56,549 bases of DNA from a virus (taxonomy: Duplodnaviria; Caudoviricetes). Location: the IMG/VR virus record IMGVR_UViG_3300036846_000279, positions 1-56,549 of that record. One strand, given 5' to 3'. The notes under the pieces were generated by a model. The model did not search any database. It saw only the letters and a program-made list of their open reading frames with translations, and was not told the origin of the DNA. This document shows, in pieces, positions 55,003-56,549 of this stretch. Every line of letters begins with the position of its first letter. Within the stretch, counting starts at the first letter, position 1. The translations under genes were made by a program, and so were the position numbers.

Positions 55003-56549
55003 ATGACTCAACACGTAGTAATTGATCCAGCAACCGCCGTCCGCGTAGGGGATACTACGCCGTCAGATTCGCTTGGCGAAGATACCGACTTGTATGTCGA
55101 TGATGCCACTGGTATCTGGTATGAGCGTCAAGGTGGAGTATATGTAGCCTTACCTGGTGGCGGTGGTGGTGCAGCAGGTCCACCTGGCCCAACTGGTCCA
55201 GCAGGTCCACAAGGTCCACCTGGTCCAACAGGACCAGCATCTACAGTACCAGGCCCAGCAGGTCCAACTGGTCCACAAGGTGCAACTGGTGCAACTGGTG
55301 CAGCCTCTACAGTACCAGGTCCACAAGGTCCCAAAGGTGATACAGGTGCGACAGGTGCAGCATCTACAATACCAGGCCCACCTGGCGCAACAGGCCCACA
55401 AGGTGCAACAGGAGCAACAGGACCTCAAGGACCAATAGGTAATACGGGCGCGACAGGCGCCACAGGTGTACAAGGCCCTAAAGGTGATACTGGCGCAACG
55501 GGTGCTACTGGTGCTGATTCAACCGTACCAGGTCCTCCAGGTGCTACTGGTGCTACAGGTGCTACAGGCCCACAAGGCCCGATAGGTAATACAGGCCCAA
55601 CAGGCCCACAAGGAAATCCCGGTGCAACTGGTTCACAAGGACCAGCAGGTAGTACAGGTGCAACAGGACCAGCAGGCCCAGGAGTACCCACAGGTGGTAC
55701 AGCAGGTCAGATACTAAGCAAGTTAAGCAGTACTGACTATGCTACTCAGTGGGTTACTGAGGCAAAGATCCTCAACGGTACACTTGCTGCCAGACCTGGC
55801 GCGGGTACTGTTCCTATTCAAACACTGTACTACGCTACCGATCAAGATATCGGTTACGTCAGCGATGGTGTCTCGGTTTGGACTCCTGTTATCTATGGTA
55901 TACCGGCTGGTGGCACAGCGGGCCAGGTACTAAGTAAGAACTCACCCACCAGTTTTGACGCTGGTTGGTCTACACCTACTGCTGGTGGCGGTGGCCTAAC
56001 ATACAAAGGCGATTGGGTAGCAGGCAGCTACAACGATGGCGATATTGTTGTCTACAACGGCATAGCGTACGTCGCAGATAAGGCAACATCTGCTACGCCC
56101 GTTCCCTGGCAACAAGCAGGCGGCGCAACTATTCCTGTTACGGTACTTCCTGCTACGCCATATGATGGTCAGCCGGTAACACTTGTCGATAACTTGACAA
56201 CACCCACATACTCTTGGGGATTTGTATGGAGTGCCTCTGCTGCTAAATGGATATTTACAGGTGGAGCGCCGCTTATCGTGGAAGTGACGACAAACGAGAC
56301 TCGCTCGGGTACTGGTACTTTCGGCGATCTGGCTACGGTCGGTCCAACATTCACAACTCCGCGAGCCGGTGATTGGATTGTGGGTTGTGGTTGCGACTCA
56401 CAGATCAATGCAACGGCACAAAATGCTTTCGGTATTTCTTTTGCGGGCGCAGTACCAGTTTTGAATACACCTTTTTCTGCTACGATTGACCACAGAACAA
56501 CTGGACAGGTAATGACCGGATCACTTGCGCCACATAAGAAAGTTGCGTT
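55003..56549 (+). CDS. Collagen-like fibre protein, version B (truncated by the window end)
   Basis: [15 protein letters not shown]... is homologous to 327-2780; frame appears open to the end; missing from the ORF track because it has no stop. Confidence 0.85.
   Translation, partial: MTQHVVIDPATAVRVGDTTPSDSLGEDTDLYVDDATGIWYERQGGVYVALPGGGGGAAGPPGPTGPAGPQGPPGPTGPASTVPGPAGPTGPQGATGATGAASTVPGPQGPKGDTGATGAASTIPGPPGATGPQGATGATGPQGPIGNTGATGATGVQGPKGDTGATGATGADSTVPGPPGATGATGATGPQGPIGNTGPTGPQGNPGATGSQGPAGSTGATGPAGPGVPTGGTAGQILSKLSSTDYATQWVTEAKILNGTLAARPGAGTVPIQTLYYATDQDIGYVSDGVSVWTPVIYGIPAGGTAGQVLSKNSPTSFDAGWSTPTAGGGGLTYKGDWVAGSYNDGDIVVYNGIAYVADKATSATPVPWQQAGGATIPVTVLPATPYDGQPVTLVDNLTTPTYSWGFVWSASAAKWIFTGGAPLIVEVTTNETRSGTGTFGDLATVGPTFTTPRAGDWIVGCGCDSQINATAQNAFGISFAGAVPVLNTPFSATIDHRTTGQVMTGSLAPHKKVA

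Overview
The window is an apparently complete, circularly permuted genome of a tailed dsDNA phage (about 54.76 kb), plus about 1.8 kb of overlap. Positions 1-127 recur exactly at 54758-54884 and the two copies then diverge. The + strand (about 53.5 kb, through the junction, to 24.4 kb) carries a myovirus-type morphogenesis and lysis arm: collagen-like fibre, terminase, portal, S49 protease/scaffold, capsid, sheath, tube, tape measure, LysM protein, hub, baseplate, fibre, M23 endolysin and a candidate holin. The - strand (24.4-53.4 kb) carries a free-standing Rpf-domain protein, a replication/recombination module and many small early genes. That module includes a RuvC-like resolvase, UDG-family-A polymerase fusion, dNMP kinase, primase-helicase, SSB, AAA ATPase, Cas4-like nuclease, SNF2 helicase, two HNH-AP2 proteins and endonuclease VII. 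I saw no integrase, tRNA, CRISPR array or reverse transcriptase. The Rpf domain, a DUF6011-like domain and extended -10 promoters suggest a Gram-positive, probably actinobacterial, host (inference). The most unusual signals are: (1) a family of intergenic overlapping-hairpin elements and a cluster of ORF-poor, multibranch structured sequences in the early region (42.5-52.9 kb), possibly a phage small-RNA/processing or gene-cassette system; (2) the secreted Rpf; (3) two domain-swapped versions of the collagen fibre gene at the contig ends; (4) a protein with ten P[ES]HPI repeats. All calls come from visual motif recognition. No searches or folding programs were run.
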